Sequence record: DRR378314_2231
Reading direction: 5' to 3' (one strand)
DNA length: 35,402 nucleotides
How positions within the stretch are numbered: position 1 is the stretch's first letter; each line of letters starts with the position of its first letter. A program made the translations under genes and the position numbers. Shown one piece after another: positions 9,513 to 19,143 of this stretch. The notes below the pieces were generated by a model, which was not told the origin of the DNA, made no database searches, and saw only the letters and a list, made by a program, of their open reading frames with translations.

Positions 9513-10436
9513 ATGACAAAAACAACAGGAAACCGAACTCAAACAACGGAAGTTCTCAACGAACTGTTAGAACAAGTTGCCCGGGGTACCGAACTGCACT
9601 TTGAATCAGGCCTATGCGGCCACTGGACCTTAATGGCCAAAGAGCCGGGAAAAGTAGCGTTTCATGTTGTCACAAATGGAGACTGCTGGTTTGGTTTACC
9701 GGGTTCTTCGGTCGAACCAATAAAACTAAGTGCGTCAGACATTATTTTCGTTAATAAAGACGTTTCTCACTTTCTGAGTAAGACTCAAATTCCCTCTGAC
9801 ATAAGCGAATCCGATATTCCCAAGTATTGTCAGCGCGACCATGAGCAATCTGGTGTTGTTTGTTACGACGTTAACTCCGCTCCAGGAGCAAATGATACTC
9901 TCTTTCAACTTCTCCCTCCCTGGCTCATTCTAAAACAAGCAGACCAACATCAGCAGCTATCACATATTATTGAATTAATCAGAGCTGAGACAATTAATCA
10001 GTCTCCCGGATACCAAACCGTGATTAGTCGGCTAAGTGACGTTCTCTCCCTGAATCTGCTGCGGCAAGTCATTGATGAGGATGAATCTCTTCGAGGCCCT
10101 TTAGCTGCTCTGAGTGATCGCCAGTTGCGTACAGTCATTATGGCCGTGATTAACGAGCCGGGCGCGGACTGGACTGTAGAACGACTGGCAGAACTCGCTT
10201 ATTTATCAGTCAGTGCGTTTGCAGAAAGGTGTATAAAGAAAACAGGCGTAACCCCCAAAAAACTCGTCGACCAACTCAGGTTACAACGGGCACGCATAAT
10301 GCTAAGTAGCTCGCAGCTATCGATGGACTTGATTGCAGAGCAACTTGGCTATCAATCGGCAACAGCCTTCAGCCGCTTTTTCAAAAAGTATGCGGGTCTC
10401 TCCCCTGCAGAGTACCGCCACCAAACTTACTATTAG
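9513..10436 (+). CDS. AraC-family transcriptional regulator with Cupin_6-type N domain (RclR-like)
   Basis: FHVVTNGDCW cupin segment, WTVERLAELAYLSVSAF and IAEQLGYQSATAFSRFFKKYAGLSPAEYR HTHs; several Cys in the N domain. Confidence 0.9.
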   Translation: MTKTTGNRTQTTEVLNELLEQVARGTELHFESGLCGHWTLMAKEPGKVAFHVVTNGDCWFGLPGSSVEPIKLSASDIIFVNKDVSHFLSKTQIPSDISESDIPKYCQRDHEQSGVVCYDVNSAPGANDTLFQLLPPWLILKQADQHQQLSHIIELIRAETINQSPGYQTVISRLSDVLSLNLLRQVIDEDESLRGPLAALSDRQLRTVIMAVINEPGADWTVERLAELAYLSVSAFAERCIKKTGVTPKKLVDQLRLQRARIMLSSSQLSMDLIAEQLGYQSATAFSRFFKKYAGLSPAEYRHQTYY

Positions 10437-10577
10437 TTAATTCGTCTTAGCACGCAAAAACACCTGTCTTCATGACTAAAACAGCGGGAATTGGTTTAGT
10501 CTACTTTTATTTTTGAGCTTTTATTCTATATTCGTACTCACAACATTAAATACAACTTAAAAGCGCAGGAGTAAAAT

Positions 10578-11117
10578 ATGAGTGACTTTAAACTGCATGA
10601 CAAAGAATCAGCCCCCGAGGAAAGCAAGAAGTTACTAGAAGGCTCTGAAAAAGCTTTCGGTATGATCCCCAATTTGCACGCTGTCATGGCTGAAGCACCC
10701 GGTATTCTGAACGCTTACCAACAAGTGCACGAGCTTTTCGTGAATAGTAGCTTTGACAAAGACGAGTTAACGGTTGTCTGGCAAACCATCAATGTTTTCA
10801 ACGAATGCCATTACTGCATTCCAGCTCATACTGCTATTGCAAAAAATATGGGGGCCGATGATTCTATTACTGACAACATTAAAGCCGGTAAGCCCTTAGG
10901 CGATGACAAATTGGAAGCACTGCGCCAGTTTACTCTAGTCATGCTTGAAAAGCGCGGTAACGCCGACGAAAGTGAGCTTGAGTCTTTTTATAACGCCGGC
11001 TACGGACAGCGTCAGGCCCTTGAGGTTACTTTGGGAATTGCTCAGAAAACGATGAGCAACTTTACAAACCACATTGCAAATACACCTATAGATGAACCAT
11101 TTAAAAAGTTCGCCTAG
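10578..11117 (+). CDS. Carboxymuconolactone decarboxylase / AhpD-like alkylhydroperoxidase
   Basis: FGMIPNL and NECHYCIPAH (CxxC-x3-H) motifs; AGGAG RBS. Confidence 0.9.
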   Translation: MSDFKLHDKESAPEESKKLLEGSEKAFGMIPNLHAVMAEAPGILNAYQQVHELFVNSSFDKDELTVVWQTINVFNECHYCIPAHTAIAKNMGADDSITDNIKAGKPLGDDKLEALRQFTLVMLEKRGNADESELESFYNAGYGQRQALEVTLGIAQKTMSNFTNHIANTPIDEPFKKFA

Positions 11118-11168
11118 CCAGATGCGATGGCACCAGGTGAAACACTAAAACCAACAACGGAAACAACT

Positions 11169-11567
11169 ATGAGTCAGTCACTAGAACAAAAATTTCCGTG
11201 GGCGCTGTTGGCGCTGCGGGTCGGTATTTTTATTGTTATGTTTGTGTGGGCGCTGGATAAGTTTGTGAACCCGGGGCATACCGCCGCAGTGTTCGAAGGC
11301 TTTTATGGAATAAGTGGTTTGTCTTCGACTTTAGCTGCTGTACTGGGCGGACTTCAAGTGGCTCTTTGTCTGGCTTTTATTGCTGGATTATGGAAAACGA
11401 TAACCTACGGTTTAATATTAATTATGCATGCCGTGTCGACTTTTTCCTCATTTCCACAATACCTGGACGCCTTTAACAACCTTTTGTTTTTTGCGGCATG
11501 GCCAATGTTAGCCGCTTGTATCGCACTCTTTATGCTACGCGAGTATGATACCAAACTGAGCCTTTAA
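11169..11567 (+). CDS. DoxX-family membrane protein
   Basis: LLALRVGIF...WALDKF start, four TM segments. Start probably ATG 11169 (ORF track 11127). Confidence 0.75.
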   Translation: MSQSLEQKFPWALLALRVGIFIVMFVWALDKFVNPGHTAAVFEGFYGISGLSSTLAAVLGGLQVALCLAFIAGLWKTITYGLILIMHAVSTFSSFPQYLDAFNNLLFFAAWPMLAACIALFMLREYDTKLSL

Positions 11568-11579
11568 GATGGAGCGACT

Positions 11580-12371
11580 ATGCGAGTCATATTTTTTGTT
11601 CTGGCTATGAGCTGGCAAGTGGCTGCATCCGCGCAGTCATTTGACCCGTCCCATACCGCCTTTACTGATGTTCTGAATGATCATGTTGAGGTGTATGATG
11701 ACGGTTTAAAGTCTGCGGTTAATTATCGCGATTTGGCTAAAAACCGTCAGCCTCTGGACAATTATCTCGCATCGCTGTCTGCAGTTGAGCCCGTACAGTA
11801 TGAAAGCTGGACGCAGGAGCAGCAACTGGCCTTTTTAATCAATGCATACAACGGTTTCACCCTGCAGCTTATTATCGACAATATCGATAAATTTGAGTCC
11901 GGCGAGGCTGATTCTATTCGCAATTTAGGCGGGCTATTTTCCAGCCCATGGGAGAAGTCGTTTTTTACACTACTAAGTGAAAAGCGTACTTTGGATTGGG
12001 TTGAGCACGAAAAAATTCGGGTCGATTTTGACGAGCCCCGCATACATGCCGCTTTAGTCTGCGCAGCAGTAAGCTGCCCTAAGCTGCGCGCGGAAGCCTT
12101 TACTGGTAAGAATCTGGAGGCTCAGCTAGAAAACCAGATGGTCACTTTTTTAAGCGACCGAGATAAAAACGGTATTGATGATAAAGGCATTTATCTGTCG
12201 AAGATTTTTGACTGGTACCGGGAGGATTTTGACGGGCTTCGAAACTACCTGAGAACCTATTCAGGGGCTCTTTCCGATGGTTCAGGTAACGGTGATAATA
12301 TGAACTTCCAGTCTTTAGATATTCGTTTTGTTGATTATAACTGGAAGTTAAATAACTTAGAAAACCGCTAA
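11580..12371 (+). CDS. DUF547 domain exported protein
   Basis: Signal peptide; LAFLINAYN, EPRIHAALVCAAVSCPKL, LSKIFDWYREDF, YNWKLN. Confidence 0.9.
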   Translation: MRVIFFVLAMSWQVAASAQSFDPSHTAFTDVLNDHVEVYDDGLKSAVNYRDLAKNRQPLDNYLASLSAVEPVQYESWTQEQQLAFLINAYNGFTLQLIIDNIDKFESGEADSIRNLGGLFSSPWEKSFFTLLSEKRTLDWVEHEKIRVDFDEPRIHAALVCAAVSCPKLRAEAFTGKNLEAQLENQMVTFLSDRDKNGIDDKGIYLSKIFDWYREDFDGLRNYLRTYSGALSDGSGNGDNMNFQSLDIRFVDYNWKLNNLENR

Positions 12372-12453
12372 AATGTCAAACTGTTAAATTTCCGTTGACC
12401 CAAACCCAATGTGGTGACGTAATAGCAGGCAACATTACTTTAAGGGTGTCTTT

Positions 12454-13176
12454 ATGAAAGCGTTACACGGTTTATTTATTCTTCTGGGTTTATTATCTGT
12501 CGTGCTGCTGGCTATATCAGGGCCTTTATACAAAAGCGGAACAGCCGAGCTAGGCACGGCATTCTTATTACTGCGCTGGGCTGCTTATATTGGTGCGGCA
12601 ACCTTCGTGCTTAACATTATCTGGTACTTTATTCGTCGCCCACAAGGGCTGGTTGCTGGCCTTAGTGGTTTAGCCATTATTGCCGGAGGCTTTGCTTTTT
12701 ATATGCCTTTCAGTCAGTACCTGAAAGCACAGAATGTGCCTGCCATTCACGACATAACAACTGACACACAAAACCCTCCTGAGTTTGTTGCCATAGCCCC
12801 GCTACGTGCAGATGCACCCAACCCGGTTGAATATGCCGGAGAAGGAACCGCCAAACAGCAACAGGAAGCGTATCCTGAGCTGAAAACCTACCAGTCGCTG
12901 GAGTCACCCAATGAACTGTTTTCAGCCGCATTATTAGCCGTTGATAAGATGGGTTGGGAGCTCGTTGAGAGTGTAGAAGCCGAAGGTCGGATAGAAGCGA
13001 CAGCCACCACCACATGGTTCGGTTTTAAAGACGACGTTGTTATACGTATACGAGAAACTGCCGATGGCAGTGAGCTGGATATTCGTAGTAAGTCACGCCT
13101 GGGTCGTAGCGATGTGGGAAAAAATGCGGAGCGAATTCGTGAATTTATGGCTACGTTAACGTCTGAATTACGTTAA
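12454..13176 (+). CDS. DUF1499 domain membrane-anchored protein
   Basis: Three N-terminal TM segments; IHDITTD, WFGFKDDVVIRI, DIRSKSRLGRSDVGKNAERI. Confidence 0.85.
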   Translation: MKALHGLFILLGLLSVVLLAISGPLYKSGTAELGTAFLLLRWAAYIGAATFVLNIIWYFIRRPQGLVAGLSGLAIIAGGFAFYMPFSQYLKAQNVPAIHDITTDTQNPPEFVAIAPLRADAPNPVEYAGEGTAKQQQEAYPELKTYQSLESPNELFSAALLAVDKMGWELVESVEAEGRIEATATTTWFGFKDDVVIRIRETADGSELDIRSKSRLGRSDVGKNAERIREFMATLTSELR

Positions 13177-13189
13177 CGTAGCTAAAAGC

Positions 13190-13217
13190 AAAGAGCTTGG
13201 CGTATGCCAGGCTCTTT
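13190..13217. terminator. Probable bidirectional intrinsic terminator
   Basis: AAAGAGCTTGGC-GTAT-GCCAGGCTCTTT hairpin between convergent genes. Confidence 0.75.
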
Positions 13218-13220
13218 CTG

Positions 13221-13799
13221 CTATGGTGCTTTGCGAATTATAGGTTGACCGTACCCTAGACTTAGCTGCTGCACCACGTGTTCGGGGAAAAACACCTGAG
13301 CCACGCTGGCAACCTCTTTCGTGTTGATATCCACCAGCCGCGCATTAGCCATAACGCCGTCCCGGTGATGAGACAAAGTGCCGACTAACACATGAGTAAT
13401 TGGCATAATTTCATCGAGTTCCAGATAGTCACGAGTTAACGCAAAGTCACCCTTAGGGGTCACCCGAATGAAATCTGTGGCTTTAAAGTCTAATACGTTT
13501 AGCTTGCGGCGGTGCAACTCCTGCACCAGCTGTTCAGACAATACCAAACTTAACGGCGAGCTTTCGTCATATTGACCAGTTACCCCAACTAAATTGGTAA
13601 TACCCACCTTAGCACCACTTAAACGGATACTGGCGTTATCAACTAACTGCTCGGCAAGTTCAGCACTAAACTTGGCACTGTAAGGTTGCGAGTAGGTTTC
13701 GGTTTTCTCACTAACCTGTGTAATTTCTTGTTTAGCCGGTAAAACAGTACAGGCGCCCAGCGATAAAGCAGTAGCAATTACAAAAATGGATGACTTCAT
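13221..13799 (-). CDS. FlgO-family outer-membrane lipoprotein
   Basis: Lipobox LGAC; LSEQLVQEL, DFKATDFIRVTPKGDFALTRDYLEL, VLVGTL, ANARLVD. Start ATG 13799 with an AGAGG RBS (ORF track 13883). Confidence 0.8.
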   Translation of the reverse strand: MKSSIFVIATALSLGACTVLPAKQEITQVSEKTETYSQPYSAKFSAELAEQLVDNASIRLSGAKVGITNLVGVTGQYDESSPLSLVLSEQLVQELHRRKLNVLDFKATDFIRVTPKGDFALTRDYLELDEIMPITHVLVGTLSHHRDGVMANARLVDINTKEVASVAQVFFPEHVVQQLSLGYGQPIIRKAP

Positions 13800-13812
13800 A
13801 ACAGAGCCTCTT

Positions 13813-14379
13813 TTAGTTACGTTGCAAACGGCCATTAACCAACTCTGTTTGTTTATTTGGCCAATACAAATGTTTAGGGACATAGCGATTCGCTGCCGCT
13901 AAGACTTCTTGGTTGCGACGGTCGACAATACGCAAATTAACTATAGTCCCCGCGTCCTTACGAGACAGAGTTCCCACCAGAACCCAGTCAATTTCAGGAT
14001 GTTGTTCAAGCTCATCTACGTCACGGGAAAGCAGCGTAGCCCCCTCTTCCGCGACAGAGATGTAAGATTTGGCACGGAATTCAATCAGGCTTAAATTGCG
14101 CTCCTTAAGATGCGCATAGATGCTCTCACTCAACTGATGGCTTAATTCGTTTAACGAGTCACCCGCTTGCGGCTGCTCAAGCGTTTCCGCTAATACCCAG
14201 CGAGTTACGCCAATATTAGACCCATAGTGAGAATGATTGTCGTGCGAAAGCTGACTCGCGAGCTGCTCGGCTAAATCGTCGCCGATAGCTTCGTGGGGGT
14301 TGTTAGCATGCGCTGTTGCCGAGCCTGAGAACAGCAAAAATGGTAGTAAGAAACAAATAATGAGCACCCGATAAAACAT
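13813..14379 (-). CDS. FlgO-family exported protein (paralog of the downstream gene)
   Basis: Signal peptide; LAEQLASQL, EFRAKSYISVAEEGATLLSRDVDEL, VLVGTLS, VNLRIVD. Confidence 0.75.
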   Translation of the reverse strand: MFYRVLIICFLLPFLLFSGSATAHANNPHEAIGDDLAEQLASQLSHDNHSHYGSNIGVTRWVLAETLEQPQAGDSLNELSHQLSESIYAHLKERNLSLIEFRAKSYISVAEEGATLLSRDVDELEQHPEIDWVLVGTLSRKDAGTIVNLRIVDRRNQEVLAAANRYVPKHLYWPNKQTELVNGRLQRN

Positions 14380-14412
14380 AGCCTGACCTTTAATGATAGA
14401 GCTTATGTGTTG

Positions 14413-14439
14413 TTATCGGCTGGTTTTGGGGAAGGTTTA
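14413..14439 (-). promoter_or_regulatory. Sigma-28 (FliA) promoter
   Basis: Minus strand TAAA-ccttccccaaaacca (15 nt)-GCCGATAA, an exact consensus match, 33 nt upstream of the 14379 ATG. Confidence 0.85.
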
Positions 14440-14485
14440 GAAAATTGAGTTATAGTTTGGACTGAAATCCTCCCGCAAAATTCCA

Positions 14486-15091
14486 CTAACTTCTTCCACC
14501 GTATATAAACCCGCCGTCTATCACATATTGAACCACTTTTTCAGTTAGTTGCTCGAGATCCATTTCTTCGGGTTTTAAATGTATTTCAGGATCTTGTGGA
14601 GCTTCGTAGGCCGACGAGATACCGGTAAATTGCGAGATTGTCCCTGTTTGTGCCTTTTTGTACAAACCTTTGGGATCACGCTGTATACAAACTTCTAATG
14701 GAGTGTCTACAAATACCTCAATAAAGCTCTTGCCTATTAATCTGCGAATATTCTCTCTATCTGATAAAAATGGTGAAATAAATGCAGTACTCAAAATTAA
14801 ACCTGCATCTAAAAGTAACCTACAAACTTCGGAAGTTCTACGAAGGTTTTCAACTCTATCAATATCATTGAATCCCAAGTCTTTGTTCAAACCGTGACGT
14901 AAATTATCGCCGTCAAGCAAATAAGTATGGCACCCCAATTCAAACAACTTACGATCAACCTCGTTTGCAATAGTTGACTTGCCCGCTCCGCTCAAACCTG
15001 TATACCAAATTAAAGCTGGCCGGTGCTGCTTTTGTCTCGCCCGCTCCTCATGCGATACACTTGTTTCGTGCCAAGTAGTATTATTAGTCAT
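14486..15091 (-). CDS. cysC: Adenylyl-sulfate (APS) kinase
   Basis: WYTGLSGAGKSTIA, LLDGDNLRHGL, AFISPF, RDPKGLYKKA, FTGISSAYEAP. Confidence 0.95.
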   Translation of the reverse strand: MTNNTTWHETSVSHEERARQKQHRPALIWYTGLSGAGKSTIANEVDRKLFELGCHTYLLDGDNLRHGLNKDLGFNDIDRVENLRRTSEVCRLLLDAGLILSTAFISPFLSDRENIRRLIGKSFIEVFVDTPLEVCIQRDPKGLYKKAQTGTISQFTGISSAYEAPQDPEIHLKPEEMDLEQLTEKVVQYVIDGGFIYGGRS

Positions 15092-15202
15092 TCTTATTTA
15101 TTCAAGTTAGTAATGGAAAATAAATACATTGTGCGACCAAAGGCTTCTGTCAAATCTCAAAACGCTCATTTATGTAACATTTGTAACGCTAAATCGGTAA
15201 TA

Positions 15203-16621
15203 TTACTTCAGCAAATTTTTGGCTTCCCAATGCGGGAAATATTTACGGATTAACGCATTCAGCTCTAATTCAAACTCACCATACTCCCGCGTTTTCCCCT
15301 CAACTTCGACCGAATCTGACAACGCTTGTTCGATCATACCCGCCCCAACGGTCATATTATTTATGCGATCAATGACAATAAAGGCACCAGTCTTCGGATT
15401 ACTCTGGTAGTCATCGAACATAACTTTTTCAGTAATGCGAACGTCTACTTCACCAATTTCATTAAGCTCCAGTTTGCCGGCCTTATGCTCAGCAAAAGAG
15501 TTCACATCAATACGATGCTGAACTTCCTCAAACTCACCCGTAGTCATTTTACTGTTAAACTTCAGATAGTATTCGCGATGCGTCTGCAGTGCATCTTCAT
15601 TCATCCACACCAACTTCGCGCGAAAGCGACTGGATACGTTCGGCAACGAATCTTTCTTCACTATCATATCGCCGCGACTAATATCTACTTGATCGCTAAG
15701 AGTTAAGGTCACCGCAGCTGGAGCCGATGCTTTTTGATACTCACCATCAAAAGTAACAATTGATTTTATTGTTGAAACTTTACCGGCAGGTAGTATCCAT
15801 ACCGTATCACCAACGGAAATTTCCCCCGTGGTAATCGTACCCGAAAAGCCACGAAACTCTGAATTTGGGCGGTTAACATACTGTACAGGAAAGCGGAAGT
15901 CATTACTCTTCGTCCCACGCTCAATAGGCATGTTTTCCAAATACTCCATTAGCGTAGAACCTCGAAACCACTTAAGATTTTCACTTCGAACGACGACATT
16001 ATCTCCTTTTAAGGCACAAACAGGAGCAAAACGAATATTTGAAATATCTAATGAGCCAGCCATTTCTAGGTAATCGGCCTGAATCTTCTTGTAGGTGTCT
16101 TGCGAATAGCCAACTAGATCCATTTTATTAACAGCAACAATCACATGCTTTATACCAAGCAATGAACAAATAAAACTGTGACGACGTGTTTGGGTCTGCA
16201 CACCCTTGCAGGCATCGATTAGAATGACTGCAACATCGCAGGTTGAAGCACCTGTCGCCATATTACGCGTATACTGCTCGTGACCCGGAGTGTCAGCAAT
16301 AATAAACTTGCGCTTATCAGTCGAAAAGTAACGGTATGCCACGTCAATGGTAATACCTTGCTCGCGCTCAGACTGCAGACCATCAACCAATAACGCCAGA
16401 TCAACTTCATCCCCCTGAGTACCGGACTTTTTAGACTCCTCGGTAATAGCCGCTAACTGGTCTTCGAAAATCATTTTACTATCGTGAAGCAAACGACCAA
16501 TTAGGGTACTTTTGCCATCATCAACGCTGCCACAGGTAATAAAGCGCAACAGTTCTTTGTTCTCTTGCTGCTTTAGGTAGGCTAAAATATCTTGTTCAAT
16601 TAAAGGAGACGCATGGCTCAT
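15203..16621 (-). CDS. cysN: Sulfate adenylyltransferase subunit 1 (GTPase)
   Basis: [58 protein letters not shown]; no fused APS kinase domain. Confidence 0.95.
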   Translation of the reverse strand: MSHASPLIEQDILAYLKQQENKELLRFITCGSVDDGKSTLIGRLLHDSKMIFEDQLAAITEESKKSGTQGDEVDLALLVDGLQSEREQGITIDVAYRYFSTDKRKFIIADTPGHEQYTRNMATGASTCDVAVILIDACKGVQTQTRRHSFICSLLGIKHVIVAVNKMDLVGYSQDTYKKIQADYLEMAGSLDISNIRFAPVCALKGDNVVVRSENLKWFRGSTLMEYLENMPIERGTKSNDFRFPVQYVNRPNSEFRGFSGTITTGEISVGDTVWILPAGKVSTIKSIVTFDGEYQKASAPAAVTLTLSDQVDISRGDMIVKKDSLPNVSSRFRAKLVWMNEDALQTHREYYLKFNSKMTTGEFEEVQHRIDVNSFAEHKAGKLELNEIGEVDVRITEKVMFDDYQSNPKTGAFIVIDRINNMTVGAGMIEQALSDSVEVEGKTREYGEFELELNALIRKYFPHWEAKNLLK

Positions 16622-17532
16622 TAGAAGTAGCCCTCCATTTTTTTCTTTTCCATAGACCCGGCACTGTCGCGGTCAATCACACGCCCCTGACGCTCAGAAG
16701 TCTTGGTTAAAAGCATTTCTTGGATGATTTCCGGCAAGGTTGACGCCTCAGATTCAATAGCACCGGTTAACGGGTAACAACCCAATGTACGGAAGCGCAC
16801 CATTTTCATATCCGCTGTTTCGCCGTTCTCCAGCGGCATGCGGTCATCGTCCACCATAATTAAGGTGCCATCACGTTTGACCACTGGTCGTTCTTTAGCA
16901 AAGTACAATTCAGGAATGTCGATGTTTTCCAGGTAAATGTATTGCCAGATATCCAGCTCAGTCCAGTTAGACAAAGGGAACACGCGAATACTTTCGCCTT
17001 TATTCACTTTACCGTTAAAAATATTCCACAGTTCAGGGCGTTGGTTCTTCGGGTCCCAGCGATGATTTTTATCGCGAAATGAATACACACGCTCTTTCGC
17101 ACGCGATTTTTCTTCGTCACGACGAGCGCCACCAAAAGCTGCATCAAACTGGTATTTATTCAATGCTTGCTTCAGTGCCTGAGTTTTCATCACGTCGGTA
17201 TGCAAGGCACTGCCATGGCTGAAAGGCCCGATACCTTTTTCGAGGCCTTCAGGGTTAATATGCTCTAACAGCTCGAAGCCATGCTTTTTTGCCATGCGGT
17301 CACGAAATTCAATCATTTCGCGAAACTTCCAGGTGGTGTTCACGTGCATCAGTGGGAACGGAATCTTGCCGGGCGCAAAGGCCTTACGCGCCAAATGCAG
17401 CAGTACCGATGAGTCTTTACCCACCGAGTACAACATGACCGGGTTATCAAACTCCGCTGCCACTTCGCGGAAAATATGAATGGATTCATATTCGAGAGCT
17501 TTTAAATGAGTTAACTTTTCTTCTTTAATCAT
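16621..17532 (-). CDS. cysD: Sulfate adenylyltransferase subunit 2
   Basis: [56 protein letters not shown]. Start ATG 17532 after a GGGGGAG RBS; stop overlaps the cysN start. Confidence 0.95.
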   Translation of the reverse strand: MIKEEKLTHLKALEYESIHIFREVAAEFDNPVMLYSVGKDSSVLLHLARKAFAPGKIPFPLMHVNTTWKFREMIEFRDRMAKKHGFELLEHINPEGLEKGIGPFSHGSALHTDVMKTQALKQALNKYQFDAAFGGARRDEEKSRAKERVYSFRDKNHRWDPKNQRPELWNIFNGKVNKGESIRVFPLSNWTELDIWQYIYLENIDIPELYFAKERPVVKRDGTLIMVDDDRMPLENGETADMKMVRFRTLGCYPLTGAIESEASTLPEIIQEMLLTKTSERQGRVIDRDSAGSMEKKKMEGYF

Positions 17533-17589
17533 TGACTCCCCCGCTTTAGTCATATGACAAAACATAAAGCTCTATTTTCACCGGCGTTA

Positions 17590-19041
17590 TCACTTATAGA
17601 ATTTCTGGAATACCTTGGAAAATTCAGGATAGTTTGCCGAAAGGTTAACTGAATTTTGATTGATCGGCTTATGAACCTGACCAACACTTGATGTGAGAAC
17701 TGCCTGATCATTTTTATGAAACGCGAGCATCTTTTTATCATACTCTATATTAAGAAATCCACATACTTCTGTAAGAGTTTGTTCTGGCTTTTTGACTAAA
17801 TCTTCATAGGTAATATGCAATATTCGCTCAGGAAATAGTTCTTTCCAGTGCTCAATCAAACGTAGCTCGTTCTTAATATGAGTAGCTATAGTTTCAGGAT
17901 GCCAACTCCAGCTATAATTAGCTCTAAATGGCGTCTTATAACAAGACCAAGCTATATCTTCGGCATTCCTACTAATATAAATAGCTTTACTTCTTGGCAG
18001 GATCTTAGAAAAAATTCCAAATGAGCGATTTAAAGAAAGTGTTTTATCCACAACTTTCCCATTACCGGAAAAGCTTTCTTCTGTAATATGCTGATAAACT
18101 TGAGACATATAATCAATCGCCATCTGAGCGTCACCATGCCGCTTCATGAATGATGGGAAGTCTACCCTATTTTCTGCGCTCAGATGCATGGTAGCGCCAG
18201 TAAGCGCGTTAGATTCAGCACTGCCTTTAAAAACAGGGTGGGATGCAAGCATTTGCCCCAGGAGAGTTGTTCCACTTCGGGGTAATCCAAGTACCGCCAC
18301 CGGACGGTCATAATCCAATTTTGACGTTGGGATATCGTCTAGAGCGTTACTATTAAAATTCCGAATTATCGCATTAACATCTTGTGTATCTGCCTGAATA
18401 TCAAACGGTTTTAACTGGATGAAAATCTTAGCACCGCGCTGATACATAGCTTCAGATTGCTCGTATTCTCTTCTATCCGCATATGCCTTACCTAGCGCAT
18501 AACTGTATAATGCGAAGTTTCTATCAGTTTGACTCTTAAAAGACTTTTCAGCTTCAACTAACTTGGTGAAAACACCTGTTTGCTCATTAAAATCAGTTAC
18601 TGTTGCAATTGTGTACCAAGTTATACCTAATTGTGGAGAGAGTGCCAAAGCTTTACTAAGGTTTGTCCGAGCTCCGAGCAAATCCCCGGTTTGAGCTTTC
18701 ACTGTACCAACTAAGTGATAAATTGAAGGTACAGGAACATCTCTTTTCGTTAGTGGCTCAATAAGTTTTAATGCCTTTTTGAGATCTCCTGCTTCAGCAT
18801 AAATTCCGGCCCGTTTTACATCGTTATCAACGCTCCTGCCGACCTCAGAACCGAAAAGCTCCGCCGCCTTCGTTGCAATACTTTTTTCACCAATAGTTAA
18901 CGCTAATTGAGCAGTTTTCAACCAAGTAGAGGCAAGTTTCGGTTTTGTTTGTATTAGGTAATTGAGCTGTTGAACAGCTTCACTTCTCCTGCGGCCTTTT
19001 ACTGCTGCTTCGGCATCTTTAAATACTTCCATTCCTTCCAT
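17590..19041 (-). CDS. TPR-repeat sulfotransferase (PAPS-dependent, Sulfotransfer_3-like)
   Basis: N-terminal TPR-like helices (YHLVGTVKAQTGDLLGA, YALGKAYADRREYEQS); 5'-PSB GLPRSGTTLL; 3'-PB RNAEDIAWS; YEDLV. Start probably ATG 19041 with an AGAGG RBS (ORF track 19065). No signal peptide seen. Confidence 0.85.
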   Translation of the reverse strand: MEGMEVFKDAEAAVKGRRRSEAVQQLNYLIQTKPKLASTWLKTAQLALTIGEKSIATKAAELFGSEVGRSVDNDVKRAGIYAEAGDLKKALKLIEPLTKRDVPVPSIYHLVGTVKAQTGDLLGARTNLSKALALSPQLGITWYTIATVTDFNEQTGVFTKLVEAEKSFKSQTDRNFALYSYALGKAYADRREYEQSEAMYQRGAKIFIQLKPFDIQADTQDVNAIIRNFNSNALDDIPTSKLDYDRPVAVLGLPRSGTTLLGQMLASHPVFKGSAESNALTGATMHLSAENRVDFPSFMKRHGDAQMAIDYMSQVYQHITEESFSGNGKVVDKTLSLNRSFGIFSKILPRSKAIYISRNAEDIAWSCYKTPFRANYSWSWHPETIATHIKNELRLIEHWKELFPERILHITYEDLVKKPEQTLTEVCGFLNIEYDKKMLAFHKNDQAVLTSSVGQVHKPINQNSVNLSANYPEFSKVFQKFYK

Positions 19042-19070
19042 TTGATTTACCTCTTTCCTATTCATACTAC

Positions 19071-19105
19071 AAAAAGGCCGGAAACCATTAGGTTTCCGGC
19101 CTTTT
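19071..19105 (-). terminator. Intrinsic terminator after the Oar-like TBDR
   Basis: AAAAGGCCGGAAACC-ATTA-GGTTTCCGGCCTTTT perfect hairpin with a U tract. Confidence 0.9.
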
Positions 19106-19143
19106 ACTATACAATAATTTCTGTATATAAACCTAAGCTAGTC

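Noticed and set aside
15125-15153. TTGACA upstream of cysC as a sigma-70 -35 box
   Set aside because: No acceptable -10 at 16-18 nt spacing.
15023-15253. 76-aa plus-strand ORF across the cysN-cysC spacer as a possible precursor peptide for the sulfotransferase
   Set aside because: It overlaps both flanking genes on the opposite strand, has no convincing RBS, and does not resemble a RaxX-like precursor. No small precursor ORF was found in the cluster's intergenic regions.
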